From assembly GCA_964643795.1 (NCBI GenBank), contig CAZXUC010000002.1, positions 24,941 to 88,940 on the forward strand: a DNA stretch of 64,000 nucleotides, given 5' to 3'. Shown one piece after another: positions 1 to 8,203 of the stretch. The position numbers and the translations under genes were made by a program. The notes under the pieces were generated by a model. The model worked only from the letters and a program-made list of their open reading frames with translations, made no database searches and was not told the origin of the DNA. Every line of letters starts with the position of its first letter. Positions within the stretch are counted from its first letter, which is position 1. This DNA is from an uncultured Halobacteriales archaeon (lineage in GTDB: Archaea; Thermoplasmatota; E2; JACPAO01; JAHFTW01).

Positions 1-558
1 GGCCCTACGGAGGACGCGGCACGTTACGCCTCCAACGTCGCCGGGGCTTACCGCAAGAATTTGCTCGAGCGCTTCCCGTTCGATTCGTGGGCGAACGCCG
101 CCGAGGACCTCCTGCTCGCAAAGCGCGCGGTGGCGGCCGGGGCGATTGCAACATATGACCCGTTGATGGTCGTGCGCCATCACGATGTCGTCCACGTTCG
201 CGAAGAGTGGCGCAAGAGCGTGCGCGAAGGCGATGGCTGGGGAACGTACCGCGCCGATTTGGGCCTCATGCCGCTCGTCCTCGTGTGGGGCGCGGCCCTT
301 CTCGTCTCGGCACTCCTCGTGATTGCGCGACCCGTGCCGGGTCTTGCGTTGTTCACCGTAGTGTTGTGGGCGCCCGCTCTGCGCCGCGCTTGGCGCCGCC
401 GCAACGCAATGCCTGCTCGGGCCCTCGCGAAGGGCGTCCTCGCAAGTCCGCCGTTCGACCTCGCCTTCCTTTCGACGTACCTTCGCGCCCTCGCGCGCGG
501 CAGCACGTCCCACGAAACCATCCCGACCCCATCGACACCACCGGAGACCCTAGCATGA
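1..558 (+). CDS. Glycosyltransferase-like protein, C-terminal part (5' end outside the window)
   Basis: Frame 1 is open from base 1 (GPTEDAARYASNVAGAYRKNLLERFPFDSWANAAEDLLLAKR...), so the listed 61..558 ORF is only the visible tail. The soluble segment resembles the end of GT2-type domains and is followed by two hydrophobic helices. The TGA at 556-558 overlaps the next ATG (ATGA). Confidence 0.45.
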   Translation, partial: GPTEDAARYASNVAGAYRKNLLERFPFDSWANAAEDLLLAKRAVAAGAIATYDPLMVVRHHDVVHVREEWRKSVREGDGWGTYRADLGLMPLVLVWGAALLVSALLVIARPVPGLALFTVVLWAPALRRAWRRRNAMPARALAKGVLASPPFDLAFLSTYLRALARGSTSHETIPTPSTPPETLA

Positions 559-1838
559 GCCACGCGACTGTATTCATCATCATGGATGCCGGCCGATCGG
601 ACTACGTCCGCGCCGAGACCATGCCCTTCCTGCACGGACTCTCCAAGGAGGCCATCACGGGCTCCTTCGAAAGCCCGCCCGGGTTCGCGCAACGCACCGT
701 CCTGTTCTCGGGCCGCTACCCGGACACCTCCGGTAACTTCAGCCAATTCGTGTACGACCCCGTCGGTTCGCCCTTCAAGTGGGTGCGCCGCCTTGGGCCG
801 CTCGGCCACCTCGTGAAACCCCGCAAGGTCATGGTGCCCGCGCGTTGGGCCATCAACCGCATAACGAAGTGGATCACGGGAGCCTTCCACACGGACCCCG
901 CTTGGATCCCGGCGCGCTTCATGCCGTCGTTCTCGATGTGCGAAGACATGAAACCCATGTACGAACCCGGCGCCCTCGGGGCCGCGAGCATCTTCGACTT
1001 GTGCCGTGACAACGGGTTGCGCTTCCGCTACCTCGCCCACCCCGTATCCGGCGACGACGAAGAGATCCACAAGATTCTCGTGCGTGAACTCCGGGCCGGA
1101 AGCCCCTACGACCTCTACGTCGCTCAATTCAGCATCACGGACCAGAAAGGCCACACCGATGGACCCTTCAGCGACAAGATGCAGCAAGGGCACTTGCGCA
1201 CCCTCGACCAAAAGTTCGCCACCGTCCACGCCGCCCTCGCTGCGGGCTACGATTCGTGGGACCTCTTCATCTGCGGCGACCACGGCATGGCACCGGTTGA
1301 AACGGAAGTCAACGTCCTCAAGGCGATCAAGAAGGCCGCCAAGAAGGAGGGCGCAAAACCCGGCAAAGACTACGTCGTCTTCGTGAACAGCACGCTGACG
1401 GTGCTGTGGTACCTCACCGAACTCGGTCGCACCGCCGTCGAAGCCGTCCTCCCAACCATCCCGGGCACGCACGTCGTCGACGAAGCTGAACGCAAGCGCC
1501 TACGCATCCCCTTGGACCGCAGGTGGGGCGACCGCATGCTCGCCGCTGAACCCGGCGTCATGTTCTGGCCCGACTACTTCCACGTCACCGACTCCAAGAT
1601 TGTCGGCATGCACGGCTACCTCGACAAGCGCGACGAGACGCACGGCGCCATGGTCATCGCGTCAAGCAAGACCCGCACACCCGTGCGCAGCGTCGGACTC
1701 AGGCCCCTCGTCGACGTCTTCCCGACGTTGTGCGAAATGCTGAAGATGGAGATTCCGGCCAGCAACGAAGGAACGAGCCTCCTCGGCGCTCCAGCCATCG
1801 CCACCCAGGTCCCGGCGCAGCCGGTCAAGCGGGTCTAG
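555..1838 (+). CDS. Alkaline-phosphatase-superfamily enzyme (nucleotide pyrophosphatase/phosphodiesterase-like)
   Basis: ATG at 555 (MSHATVFIIMDAGRSDYV...). Motifs IIMDAGRSDY, GRYPDTSG, ITDQKGHTDGP, ICGDHGM and GMHGY are typical of the AP/phosphodiesterase fold. The longer 207..1838 N-terminus is Arg/Pro-rich and overlaps the upstream gene. Confidence 0.7.
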   Translation: MSHATVFIIMDAGRSDYVRAETMPFLHGLSKEAITGSFESPPGFAQRTVLFSGRYPDTSGNFSQFVYDPVGSPFKWVRRLGPLGHLVKPRKVMVPARWAINRITKWITGAFHTDPAWIPARFMPSFSMCEDMKPMYEPGALGAASIFDLCRDNGLRFRYLAHPVSGDDEEIHKILVRELRAGSPYDLYVAQFSITDQKGHTDGPFSDKMQQGHLRTLDQKFATVHAALAAGYDSWDLFICGDHGMAPVETEVNVLKAIKKAAKKEGAKPGKDYVVFVNSTLTVLWYLTELGRTAVEAVLPTIPGTHVVDEAERKRLRIPLDRRWGDRMLAAEPGVMFWPDYFHVTDSKIVGMHGYLDKRDETHGAMVIASSKTRTPVRSVGLRPLVDVFPTLCEMLKMEIPASNEGTSLLGAPAIATQVPAQPVKRV

Positions 1839-1840
1839 CC

Positions 1841-2956
1841 ATGCCAGCGGTCACGGCGAGCCAAAGACAGTCGCGCCCAACGGGGGAACCCACGGCGGGC
1901 GCGCCCTTCGCCTACACTGTCCGCGACACTCCCGCCATCACGGCCCGCATCGACGCAGACATGGCCAAGGTCGTATCCACGCTGCGCGCTGGCGATCCGC
2001 ACCTGCGAGCAGTCGTGCTCACCGGCGGATTTGCCAGGGGCGAGGGCATGGTCATGGACGGCAAGCCGCAGAACGACTACGACTTCGTGGCCATCCGTGG
2101 ATCGGGTCGACCGAGCACGCCGTATGCAGTGATGCAGCGCCGACTCGAGGACGAACTGGGACTACACATCGACCTCGGCCGCGTCGCCACCTGGCGCCTG
2201 CGTTGGGTGACGCCCAGCATCTTCTGGTACGAGACCGCCCTCCGTGGCCGAGTCATTTGGGGTGAAGGTGGCGACGCGCTCCTGGCAAAACTGCCGGTAC
2301 GAGCGCCATTCGAGATTGCGCCGACTGAAGCGTTGCGACTCCTCGTCAACCGCGCAGCCGGACTCCTGCTCGTCACGAATTCCGGCGACCTGCACCAACA
2401 CCGCCTCCAAGCTGCGAAAGCCTTGCTCGCATCGGCGGACGTCCACCTGCTCTGCAGCCGACGCTTCGCGCCGAGCCAAGTCGAACGCCATGCGATGATG
2501 GCGTCCTGGGTGCAACACGAAACACCGGGGCCAGTCGCGCAGTGGGACCAATGGTACGAGTGGTACGAGTGGGCCTTCCAATTCAAAGTGGACCCGGAAC
2601 ATGCCCCTCACCGCGAAGCAAAGGAGGCTTGGCAAGCAGCGCGGAAGGCCATGCTGGCCGCAATCCCGCGCGCCCTGCAACACGCCCGCATGGCATCGCT
2701 CGACGACTACGCACGCAAGGACGGCATGCTCGACATGCTGGTCTATGCAACGAGCGGCAGCAAGCCGCGCCACGCTCCGACGCTCGCGCTGCACCCGACC
2801 GGGAGAGTGCGCGTTGCGACGCTCAGATTGCTGGAAGCATCTCCAGATGGACGCATCCCGACGGAGGCCGCCGACACGCTGCTCGCTGGATTCGCAGCTT
2901 CAGGTTCGGACCCCGTGCGGACGTTGGATGCCTTACGGCATGCGACGTTGCAGTGA
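1841..2956 (+). CDS. Hypothetical protein, possible nucleotidyltransferase-fold N-terminal domain
   Basis: ATG at 1841, 2 nt after the upstream stop. VLTGGFARGEG...NDYDFVAI resembles the G[GS]xARGE...DxD motif of Pol-beta-type nucleotidyltransferases. The rest is helical and W/E-rich (WDQWYEWYEWAF). Confidence 0.45.
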   Translation: MPAVTASQRQSRPTGEPTAGAPFAYTVRDTPAITARIDADMAKVVSTLRAGDPHLRAVVLTGGFARGEGMVMDGKPQNDYDFVAIRGSGRPSTPYAVMQRRLEDELGLHIDLGRVATWRLRWVTPSIFWYETALRGRVIWGEGGDALLAKLPVRAPFEIAPTEALRLLVNRAAGLLLVTNSGDLHQHRLQAAKALLASADVHLLCSRRFAPSQVERHAMMASWVQHETPGPVAQWDQWYEWYEWAFQFKVDPEHAPHREAKEAWQAARKAMLAAIPRALQHARMASLDDYARKDGMLDMLVYATSGSKPRHAPTLALHPTGRVRVATLRLLEASPDGRIPTEAADTLLAGFAASGSDPVRTLDALRHATLQ

Positions 2957-2984
2957 GCGCCGGCTCGGCCGCGCCGAGGCTAGC

Positions 2985-3054
2985 CTACACGCGGAGAACG
3001 CGGAATGCGCGGAAACTCCGTCGCTTCCGCGGGTTCCGCGCGTTCCGCGTGTAG
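2985..3054. repeat. Palindromic CGCGGAA/TTCCGCG element, copy 1 (between convergent genes; terminator-like)
   Basis: ctacacgcggagaacgcggaatgcgcggaaact...cttccgcgggttccgcgcgttccgcgtgtag. Three CGCGGAA units face three TTCCGCG units, and the outer arms ctacacgcgg/ccgcgtgtag are complementary. A near-identical element lies at 8131..8188. Confidence 0.6.
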
Positions 3055-3104
3055 CTGGTGGAATTCTCGCCGCGTTCCGCGTTGCGAAAGGATCGTGCAG
3101 ACAC

Positions 3105-3383
3105 CTACAGGTCAATGCCGAAGTCGCGCATGGCGCGGTCGATGCGGCGCAGCTCTTCGAGGGCTTCATTGCCGCGGATGGTCAGGATCCATTGCGGGCG
3201 ATCGCCCTCGCCTTGCCGCTCGATGATGCCGTTGGCCTCGAAGCCGGCCAAGTGTTCCTGCACGCGCGTATGCGTAAGGTTCGCCACCGTGATGAGGCGC
3301 GTCACGCCGACGGGGCCTTCCGTTTGAATCGTGGCCAGCAATTGCTGCACCACTTGCCCGCGGGAGCGGTATTCCTTGGCCAT
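3105..3383 (-). CDS. Small winged-helix DNA-binding protein (92 aa)
   Basis: ATG at 3383 (MAKEYRSRGQVVQQLLATIQTEGPVGVTRLITVANLTHTRVQEHLAGFEANGIIERQ...). The helix-turn-helix-wing pattern is clear. The upstream part of the 3105..3755 ORF overlaps the neighbouring membrane gene in another frame. Confidence 0.7.
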   Translation of the reverse strand: MAKEYRSRGQVVQQLLATIQTEGPVGVTRLITVANLTHTRVQEHLAGFEANGIIERQGEGDRPQWILTIRGNEALEELRRIDRAMRDFGIDL

Positions 3384-3384
3384 C

Positions 3385-4104
3385 CTATTGCTTCCCCGGG
3401 AGCAGCTGCACGAGCAACGTGATGCCGACCAGGCCGAACACATCGCCCAAGCCCGCGCGCGCGTATCCGGGGGTGTGGGAAAGGTAGAACAGCAGGTGAC
3501 CAAGGAAGAACAAGCCGAAGCCGAGGGCCGCCTGCACGGCGCCGGGACTCCTTCGCTCCACGTGATGGATGAAGGCCCGCGCTGCCAGGTACAGGGTAAG
3601 GCCTGCCTCGAGTGCCAGCATCGCCGGGACGAGGTCGCCGACAAAGCCGAACGACACAATGGCCGCAGCCGCGCCCGATTCCACGGGGCGCTTTCGCCCG
3701 AAGGCAACGACGGCGACGATGAGGCTTGCCAGCATGAAGATGTGATGACCTGCAAGCAGGATGTTCACGCGCTCGTCGCCTTGGGGCCGGAAGAATTCGC
3801 CTCCCCGGATGTGGCGCAGCCGTTCCGGCATGGTTTGGTTGACCGACTCATTGTCAGGCGGCGGCCCGAAGTCCACGCGGAAGCCGGCGCCGTCCGGTCC
3901 GGGCCGGGGATCTCCGTAGTTAATCTGCCAGATGGCCAAGAGGCCGACTGCGATGGCGAACAAGCCGAAGAACCAAGCCAGGGCCATGAGGCGACGGTCC
4001 GTGCCGTAGCGTTGCAGGCGCATGCAACGGAATGCGCCGAAGCCAGCGACCGCAACAGTCGCAAGCTGCACGACAGCAGTGCCTAGGAGCTGGCCGTCTA
4101 CCAC
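3385..4104 (-). CDS. Polytopic membrane protein, unknown function
   Basis: About six hydrophobic helices. The stop lies 1 nt before the wHTH gene start, so the two are likely co-transcribed. I chose GTG 4104 as start because it precedes the first helix; the 4254 start adds a non-hydrophobic, Arg/Thr/Pro-rich extension. The start is uncertain. Confidence 0.5.
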   Translation of the reverse strand: MVDGQLLGTAVVQLATVAVAGFGAFRCMRLQRYGTDRRLMALAWFFGLFAIAVGLLAIWQINYGDPRPGPDGAGFRVDFGPPPDNESVNQTMPERLRHIRGGEFFRPQGDERVNILLAGHHIFMLASLIVAVVAFGRKRPVESGAAAAIVSFGFVGDLVPAMLALEAGLTLYLAARAFIHHVERRSPGAVQAALGFGLFFLGHLLFYLSHTPGYARAGLGDVFGLVGITLLVQLLPGKQ

Positions 4105-4143
4105 ACTCCTGGTCGACTCAGTGCTGGTATTTACGCCTCCTGG

Positions 4144-4213
4144 ATGATTTGTTCGGAACTCAGGATGGGTCTTGACGCGACCTAGACGATTCGTTCGAGG
4201 AACTTGACTATCT
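4144..4213 (+). promoter_or_regulatory. Candidate promoter/operator with two copies of a GATTYGTTCG(A)GGAAC motif, upstream of the 4233 gene
   Basis: atgatttgttcggaactc (4144-4161) and acgattcgttcgaggaacttgactatct (4186-4213). The same composite motif recurs at 4712-4739 upstream of the ABC permease gene. Confidence 0.35.
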
Positions 4214-4232
4214 AGGCTGTTCACGGGGTTCG

Positions 4233-4676
4233 GTGAGCACCACGCGAACCACAATCAATTGGACCCTAGGCCTGCTGGCCCTGGTCTCTCTTGCAGGCGT
4301 CGGCGTCGCCTCCGCACACGGCGGAAGCTTCGGCGGCGCCTTCTGGGGACCCGGACCCCGTTTCAGCGCGGACGGAAACGAAACCCTGGCGTGTAGCGAC
4401 GGCACCACTGTCGGCGCGTGCCGCGCAATCCGTGGCGACCCCTGCAACGACGACATGACGGTCGCCGACTGCAAGGCGGCACGGGAGGCAAAGCGCAGCA
4501 AGTTCGAAGCCGAGCGTCAAGCCGAATGCGTTGAGCGCACCGGCAACGAGACGCTTTGCTCCGAGATGCCCGGTCACTTTGGCCGCGGCGGACCCCGCGG
4601 CCACGGACCAGGCGGCCATGGCCATCGAGGCCCCTCGCCCCAGCATGACGAGGACGCGGAGGACTCCGACACCTGA
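4233..4676 (+). CDS. Small secreted Cys-rich protein with Gly/His-rich acidic tail
   Basis: GTG start. Signal-peptide-like N-terminus (TINWTLGLLALVSLAGVGVASAHG), 7 Cys, and the tail GHFGRGGPRGHGPGGHGHRGPSPQHDEDAEDSDT. It sits directly upstream of the ABC exporter genes. Confidence 0.5.
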   Translation: MSTTRTTINWTLGLLALVSLAGVGVASAHGGSFGGAFWGPGPRFSADGNETLACSDGTTVGACRAIRGDPCNDDMTVADCKAAREAKRSKFEAERQAECVERTGNETLCSEMPGHFGRGGPRGHGPGGHGHRGPSPQHDEDAEDSDT

Positions 4677-4711
4677 AGTCATGATGATCATGGCAGGGTG
4701 AGGTGACCTGA

Positions 4712-4739
4712 ATGATTTGTTCGGACCTCTTGTCTATCT
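4712..4739 (+). promoter_or_regulatory. Second copy of the GATTTGTTCGGAMCTC...TTGWCTATCT motif, upstream of the ABC operon
   Basis: atgatttgttcggacctcttgtctatct lies 20 nt before ATG 4759 and matches 4144-4161 plus 4204-4213. Confidence 0.35.
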
Positions 4740-4758
4740 GCAATCCTGGGGGACTCCC

Positions 4759-6126
4759 ATGCAAGTGTTGACCAAGTCCACGGTCCTCGGAACGGCCCTG
4801 GTCGCCTTGGCGATTCTGAACTTCAGCGTCCTCGACCAAGTCGGCGTCGGCCTCGTGGCCTCGGTCAACGACAAATTCATCGAGTTGGGTGCAGATTGGA
4901 TTGGCTTGCAAGCCCTCAACTCGACCATCGACCCGGACGAACTCGCCAGCCAGTTCTCCTCGATTGACGGCGTCCAAGCGACCATGACCTCTTGGGCGTC
5001 GACATCAATCGCATTCGGAGCGCAAACCAACGCGGACCAATCCGAATGGCTCGTTCCCGGTCCCGGCTACGACCTCGCGACGACCCCCTACCTCTTCGTG
5101 TACCAGGAGGACAGCGACACGGAGGCGGTGTTCTACCGTGACACTATCACATGGGTTTCCGGCTCGGCACCCCAAGCAGGCGAAGCCGCTGTCAGCACGA
5201 CCTACGCCGAGGACAATGGCCTCCAAGTCGGATCGAGTCTCTACCACGCCTTCGACGTCACGCCGTTCGACGCCGACGGCCGCTTCAACAAGACGTTCAC
5301 TGTCGCCGGCGTCTACGACCGCGCCTACAGCGACCCCGAAGGCAATCCCCCCGAGGTCGTCATCCTTGGATACGACCCCAGCATCGTCGACCTGTTTACG
5401 TCCACCAGCCGCTTCGGCGTGTACCGCCATTCGGTCCTCGTGCAGGGGACCATGTCGAACATCCTGACCGTGTCGGACCGCGTCATCGACGCCGCCGAAG
5501 ACCAAGGCTACGAAGTCAGCACCGAACAGTTCCGGGCCGGAGGACGAGCCATCGGCGGCCGGCCAGGCTTCCCCGGCGGGGGCGGCTTCGGCGGCCAAGG
5601 CGGGCCTGGCGGCCTGCAGGCTCAAGGTCCAGGAGGAGGCGGATTCCCCGGCGGAGGCACGACTCCCGACCTCATCGTGTTGGCCAACGGCGACGTGCTC
5701 AGTTCAGCGCTCGAGGCTGCCGACCGGGCCGGAACCTGGTTCCGCCTCTTGACCACGAGCGCCGTCGCCATGGCCCTGCTGGGCATCGGCTTCGTGACGG
5801 CCGCCATGGAACGCAAGATCCGCCGAGACGTCGGCGTCCGGCAGGCCGTTGGTTTCCCCATTCGCCGCATCTGGATCCACTGGGCCACAACGGCCACGGC
5901 CATGGGCCTCGTCGGTGCCATCATCGGGATCGGGCTCGTCTACGCCCTGGCGACCTCAGGCACCAGCAACGTGCTCCTTGGCCTGGACTTGACATTCCGT
6001 AGCAGCCTCGGCGCCCTCGTCACGCCCATCGCGTCGGTCCTCGCCTTCGGATTGGCTACTCTGCCCACGTACCTGCGCGTCCTCCGGTCGACACCGGCGG
6101 AGAATCTGCGCGCCTTTGGAGCCTGA
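4759..6126 (+). CDS. ABC transporter permease, FtsX/MacB-type, with large extracytoplasmic domain
   Basis: N-terminal TM, a ~330-aa external domain, and a C-terminal FtsX-like 3-TM bundle (VGVRQAVGFPIRRIWIHWATTATAMGLVGAIIGIGLVYALA). I preferred ATG 4759 over the TTG at 4717. The external domain contains a Gly-rich insert. Confidence 0.75.
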   Translation: MQVLTKSTVLGTALVALAILNFSVLDQVGVGLVASVNDKFIELGADWIGLQALNSTIDPDELASQFSSIDGVQATMTSWASTSIAFGAQTNADQSEWLVPGPGYDLATTPYLFVYQEDSDTEAVFYRDTITWVSGSAPQAGEAAVSTTYAEDNGLQVGSSLYHAFDVTPFDADGRFNKTFTVAGVYDRAYSDPEGNPPEVVILGYDPSIVDLFTSTSRFGVYRHSVLVQGTMSNILTVSDRVIDAAEDQGYEVSTEQFRAGGRAIGGRPGFPGGGGFGGQGGPGGLQAQGPGGGGFPGGGTTPDLIVLANGDVLSSALEAADRAGTWFRLLTTSAVAMALLGIGFVTAAMERKIRRDVGVRQAVGFPIRRIWIHWATTATAMGLVGAIIGIGLVYALATSGTSNVLLGLDLTFRSSLGALVTPIASVLAFGLATLPTYLRVLRSTPAENLRAFGA

Positions 6127-7438
6127 ACACTTGCCCCCCATCTCCACGACCATTGGCCTCGTTTTGTCCCGCATGAAGTATGACTGGAAGCGCCACCTTA
6201 CCGCGCTCTCCGTCGTTGCCATCCTGATGGCGTCCTTCATGACGTTCACCGCCGTTTCTGCGGGAATGCAAAACGGCCTTGCTCAGACCGTGCAGGACCA
6301 GCAATGGGACCACGTGCAACTCAACCGGCAAACTTTCGGCCCGCAAGCCACGGCGTTCTCGCAGGCCGACGTAGACGCGATTGCCGGCTGGGACGGCGTC
6401 GTCCAGGTCGCCACGCGCACCGCAGTCGCCACCGGTATCGAAGTCGAAGGCGGACAAGTTCCCTTCATGCCCGCGCCCATGGGCAATTCCACCACCACTG
6501 GCGGCAACGGCACGACGCCGCCTGTGCCCACCTTCAGGCGCGAGCTCATCCTGGTCGGCATCGACCCCGACGTCGAGGAGACCTTGGTCGTCCAGGGCAC
6601 CGTGCAATCCACGCAGAACCCCTTCGGTGGAGGCGGCGGCGCGGTAATGTTCCGCGGACAAGCCCGCAACTACACGCTGCTCCAGGGGCACTGGCTACAA
6701 GGCGGCGGCGACGCCGTCGTCACCCAGAGCACGGCCAACGAGGGATACGACTTGGGCTCCACCTTCGATACCAACGGCCAAACCTACACTGTCGTCGGCA
6801 TCATCGACAACCGCCACCCCGCGACGGCCTCTGCCGAGGGCGTGATTGCAGCCGGCCAGATCCTGGTCGATCAGGCCACGGTTTCCGGGGGGACCATCTC
6901 CAGCCTCCACATCATCGTCGACAACAACTTCCAGGACATCCAAAGCGTCTCGACCAGGCTCATCGAGGACTTCCCGCAATCGACGGGTTCCCTGCGGGCC
7001 AGCCTGGCTGAATTCGAACGCGAGCAGTACGAATCCTCGCGGACCGCCACCGTCCTCGGCGCCGCCGCTCGCCTCGTCGGGGTTGCTGGCGCAGTCACCG
7101 TCTTTGCCATGAGCCTGTTCCTGCTCATCGGCGAACGCGCAGCCATTGGCACGATGGCGGCCGTCGGCTTCACCCGGGGGCGTCTGGCCTCCTACATGGG
7201 CAACAAGATGCTGATCCTGGCCGGCCTAGGTGTCGCCGCGGGAGCTATCGCCGGCCTGCTGGCCATCTATGCCACGCCGATGCCGGAAGCTTCGTTCAGC
7301 TTCGAGCCCGCCGTCAACCAACTCACATACGCCACGGCCTCTTTCAGGACTCTTGTCGCGGCGCTGCTCGGCAGCGCTGTGTCCTTCTTCCTCGTCATTC
7401 GTCAAGACCCAATCAAGGCCATTCAGGCCACGGAGTAA
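6116..7438 (+). CDS. ABC transporter permease, FtsX/MacB-type (second subunit)
   Basis: TTG start overlapping the upstream stop. LSRMKYDWKRHLTALSVVAILMASF is a MacB-like N-terminus, followed by an external domain and a C-terminal FtsX bundle (AIGTMAAVGFTRGRLASYMGNKMLILAGLGVAAGAIAG). Confidence 0.75.
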   Translation: MEPEHLPPISTTIGLVLSRMKYDWKRHLTALSVVAILMASFMTFTAVSAGMQNGLAQTVQDQQWDHVQLNRQTFGPQATAFSQADVDAIAGWDGVVQVATRTAVATGIEVEGGQVPFMPAPMGNSTTTGGNGTTPPVPTFRRELILVGIDPDVEETLVVQGTVQSTQNPFGGGGGAVMFRGQARNYTLLQGHWLQGGGDAVVTQSTANEGYDLGSTFDTNGQTYTVVGIIDNRHPATASAEGVIAAGQILVDQATVSGGTISSLHIIVDNNFQDIQSVSTRLIEDFPQSTGSLRASLAEFEREQYESSRTATVLGAAARLVGVAGAVTVFAMSLFLLIGERAAIGTMAAVGFTRGRLASYMGNKMLILAGLGVAAGAIAGLLAIYATPMPEASFSFEPAVNQLTYATASFRTLVAALLGSAVSFFLVIRQDPIKAIQATE

Positions 7439-7445
7439 GACCACC

Positions 7446-8108
7446 ATGAACATCGTTGAGATGGAGAACATCCAGAAGAGCTACGGATCCGGCCAGAACA
7501 AGTTCCGCGCCTTGTCCCTGAACAGCCTGACAGTCGAGAAGGGCGATTACGTCGCCATCGAGGGACCCAGTGGATGCGGCAAGTCCACGCTCATGCACAT
7601 CATGGGCCTGCTTGACACCGCCACCAGCGGGACCTACCGACTCGTCGGCAAGAACGTCGAACACCTTGGCGAGGCCGCACGCGCCAAAATCCGCAGCCAA
7701 CACATCGGCTTCATCTTCCAGAAATTCAACCTCCTTCCCGACCTGAACGTCCTCAACAACGTCGCCATGCCTTTGGTGCCGACGGGAATGCGCCGGGCGA
7801 AACGTTTCGAACGTGCCTCGCTCGTCTTGCAGCAGGTCGGCTTGGGAGCCAAGGCAAAGGCCTTGCCGAACGAACTCTCCGGGGGACAGCAACAACGCGT
7901 CGCCATTGCCCGCGCCCTCATCAACGAACCCGACCTCCTGATCGCCGACGAACCGACCGGGAACTTGGACCAGCAGAACGCCGACGCCGTCATGGACCTC
8001 GTCGCTGACCTACAGAAGCAAAACGGCACGACCGTGGTCGTCGTCACGCACGACCCAGATGTTTCCGCGCGCGCAAAGCGGGTCATCCGCGGGGCCGTAA
8101 CGAAGTAG
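7446..8108 (+). CDS. ABC transporter ATP-binding protein (MacB/LolD-like)
   Basis: Walker A GPSGCGKST, Q-loop, signature LSGGQQQRVAIARAL, Walker B LLIADEPTGNLD, and H-loop VVVTHD. ATG lies 8 nt after the permease stop. Confidence 0.92.
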   Translation: MNIVEMENIQKSYGSGQNKFRALSLNSLTVEKGDYVAIEGPSGCGKSTLMHIMGLLDTATSGTYRLVGKNVEHLGEAARAKIRSQHIGFIFQKFNLLPDLNVLNNVAMPLVPTGMRRAKRFERASLVLQQVGLGAKAKALPNELSGGQQQRVAIARALINEPDLLIADEPTGNLDQQNADAVMDLVADLQKQNGTTVVVVTHDPDVSARAKRVIRGAVTK

Positions 8109-8130
8109 ATGCACCAGCGGCGCACCGTGC

Positions 8131-8188
8131 CTACACGCGGAAGCCGCGGAATGCGCGGAAACTACGTGGGTTCCGCGCGTTCCGCGTG
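8131..8188. repeat. Palindromic CGCGGAA/TTCCGCG element, copy 2 (between convergent genes)
   Basis: ctacacgcggaagccgcggaatgcgcggaaactacgtgggttccgcgcgttccgcgtg. It shares ctacacgcgga, cgcggaatgcgcggaaact and gttccgcgcgttccgcgtg with 2985..3054. Confidence 0.6.
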
Positions 8189-8203
8189 AAACGTCGCGTC
8201 GGC

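Noticed and set aside
180-1472. 430-aa minus-strand ORF over the phosphodiesterase-like gene
   Set aside because: The plus strand has AP-superfamily catalytic motifs. The minus ORF is Arg/Gly/Val-rich shadow sequence.
4717-4758. Upstream TTG start (4717) for the first FtsX permease
   Set aside because: The extension (MFGPLVYLQSWGTP) coincides with the conserved promoter-like motif shared with 4144-4213. ATG 4759 directly precedes the first TM helix.
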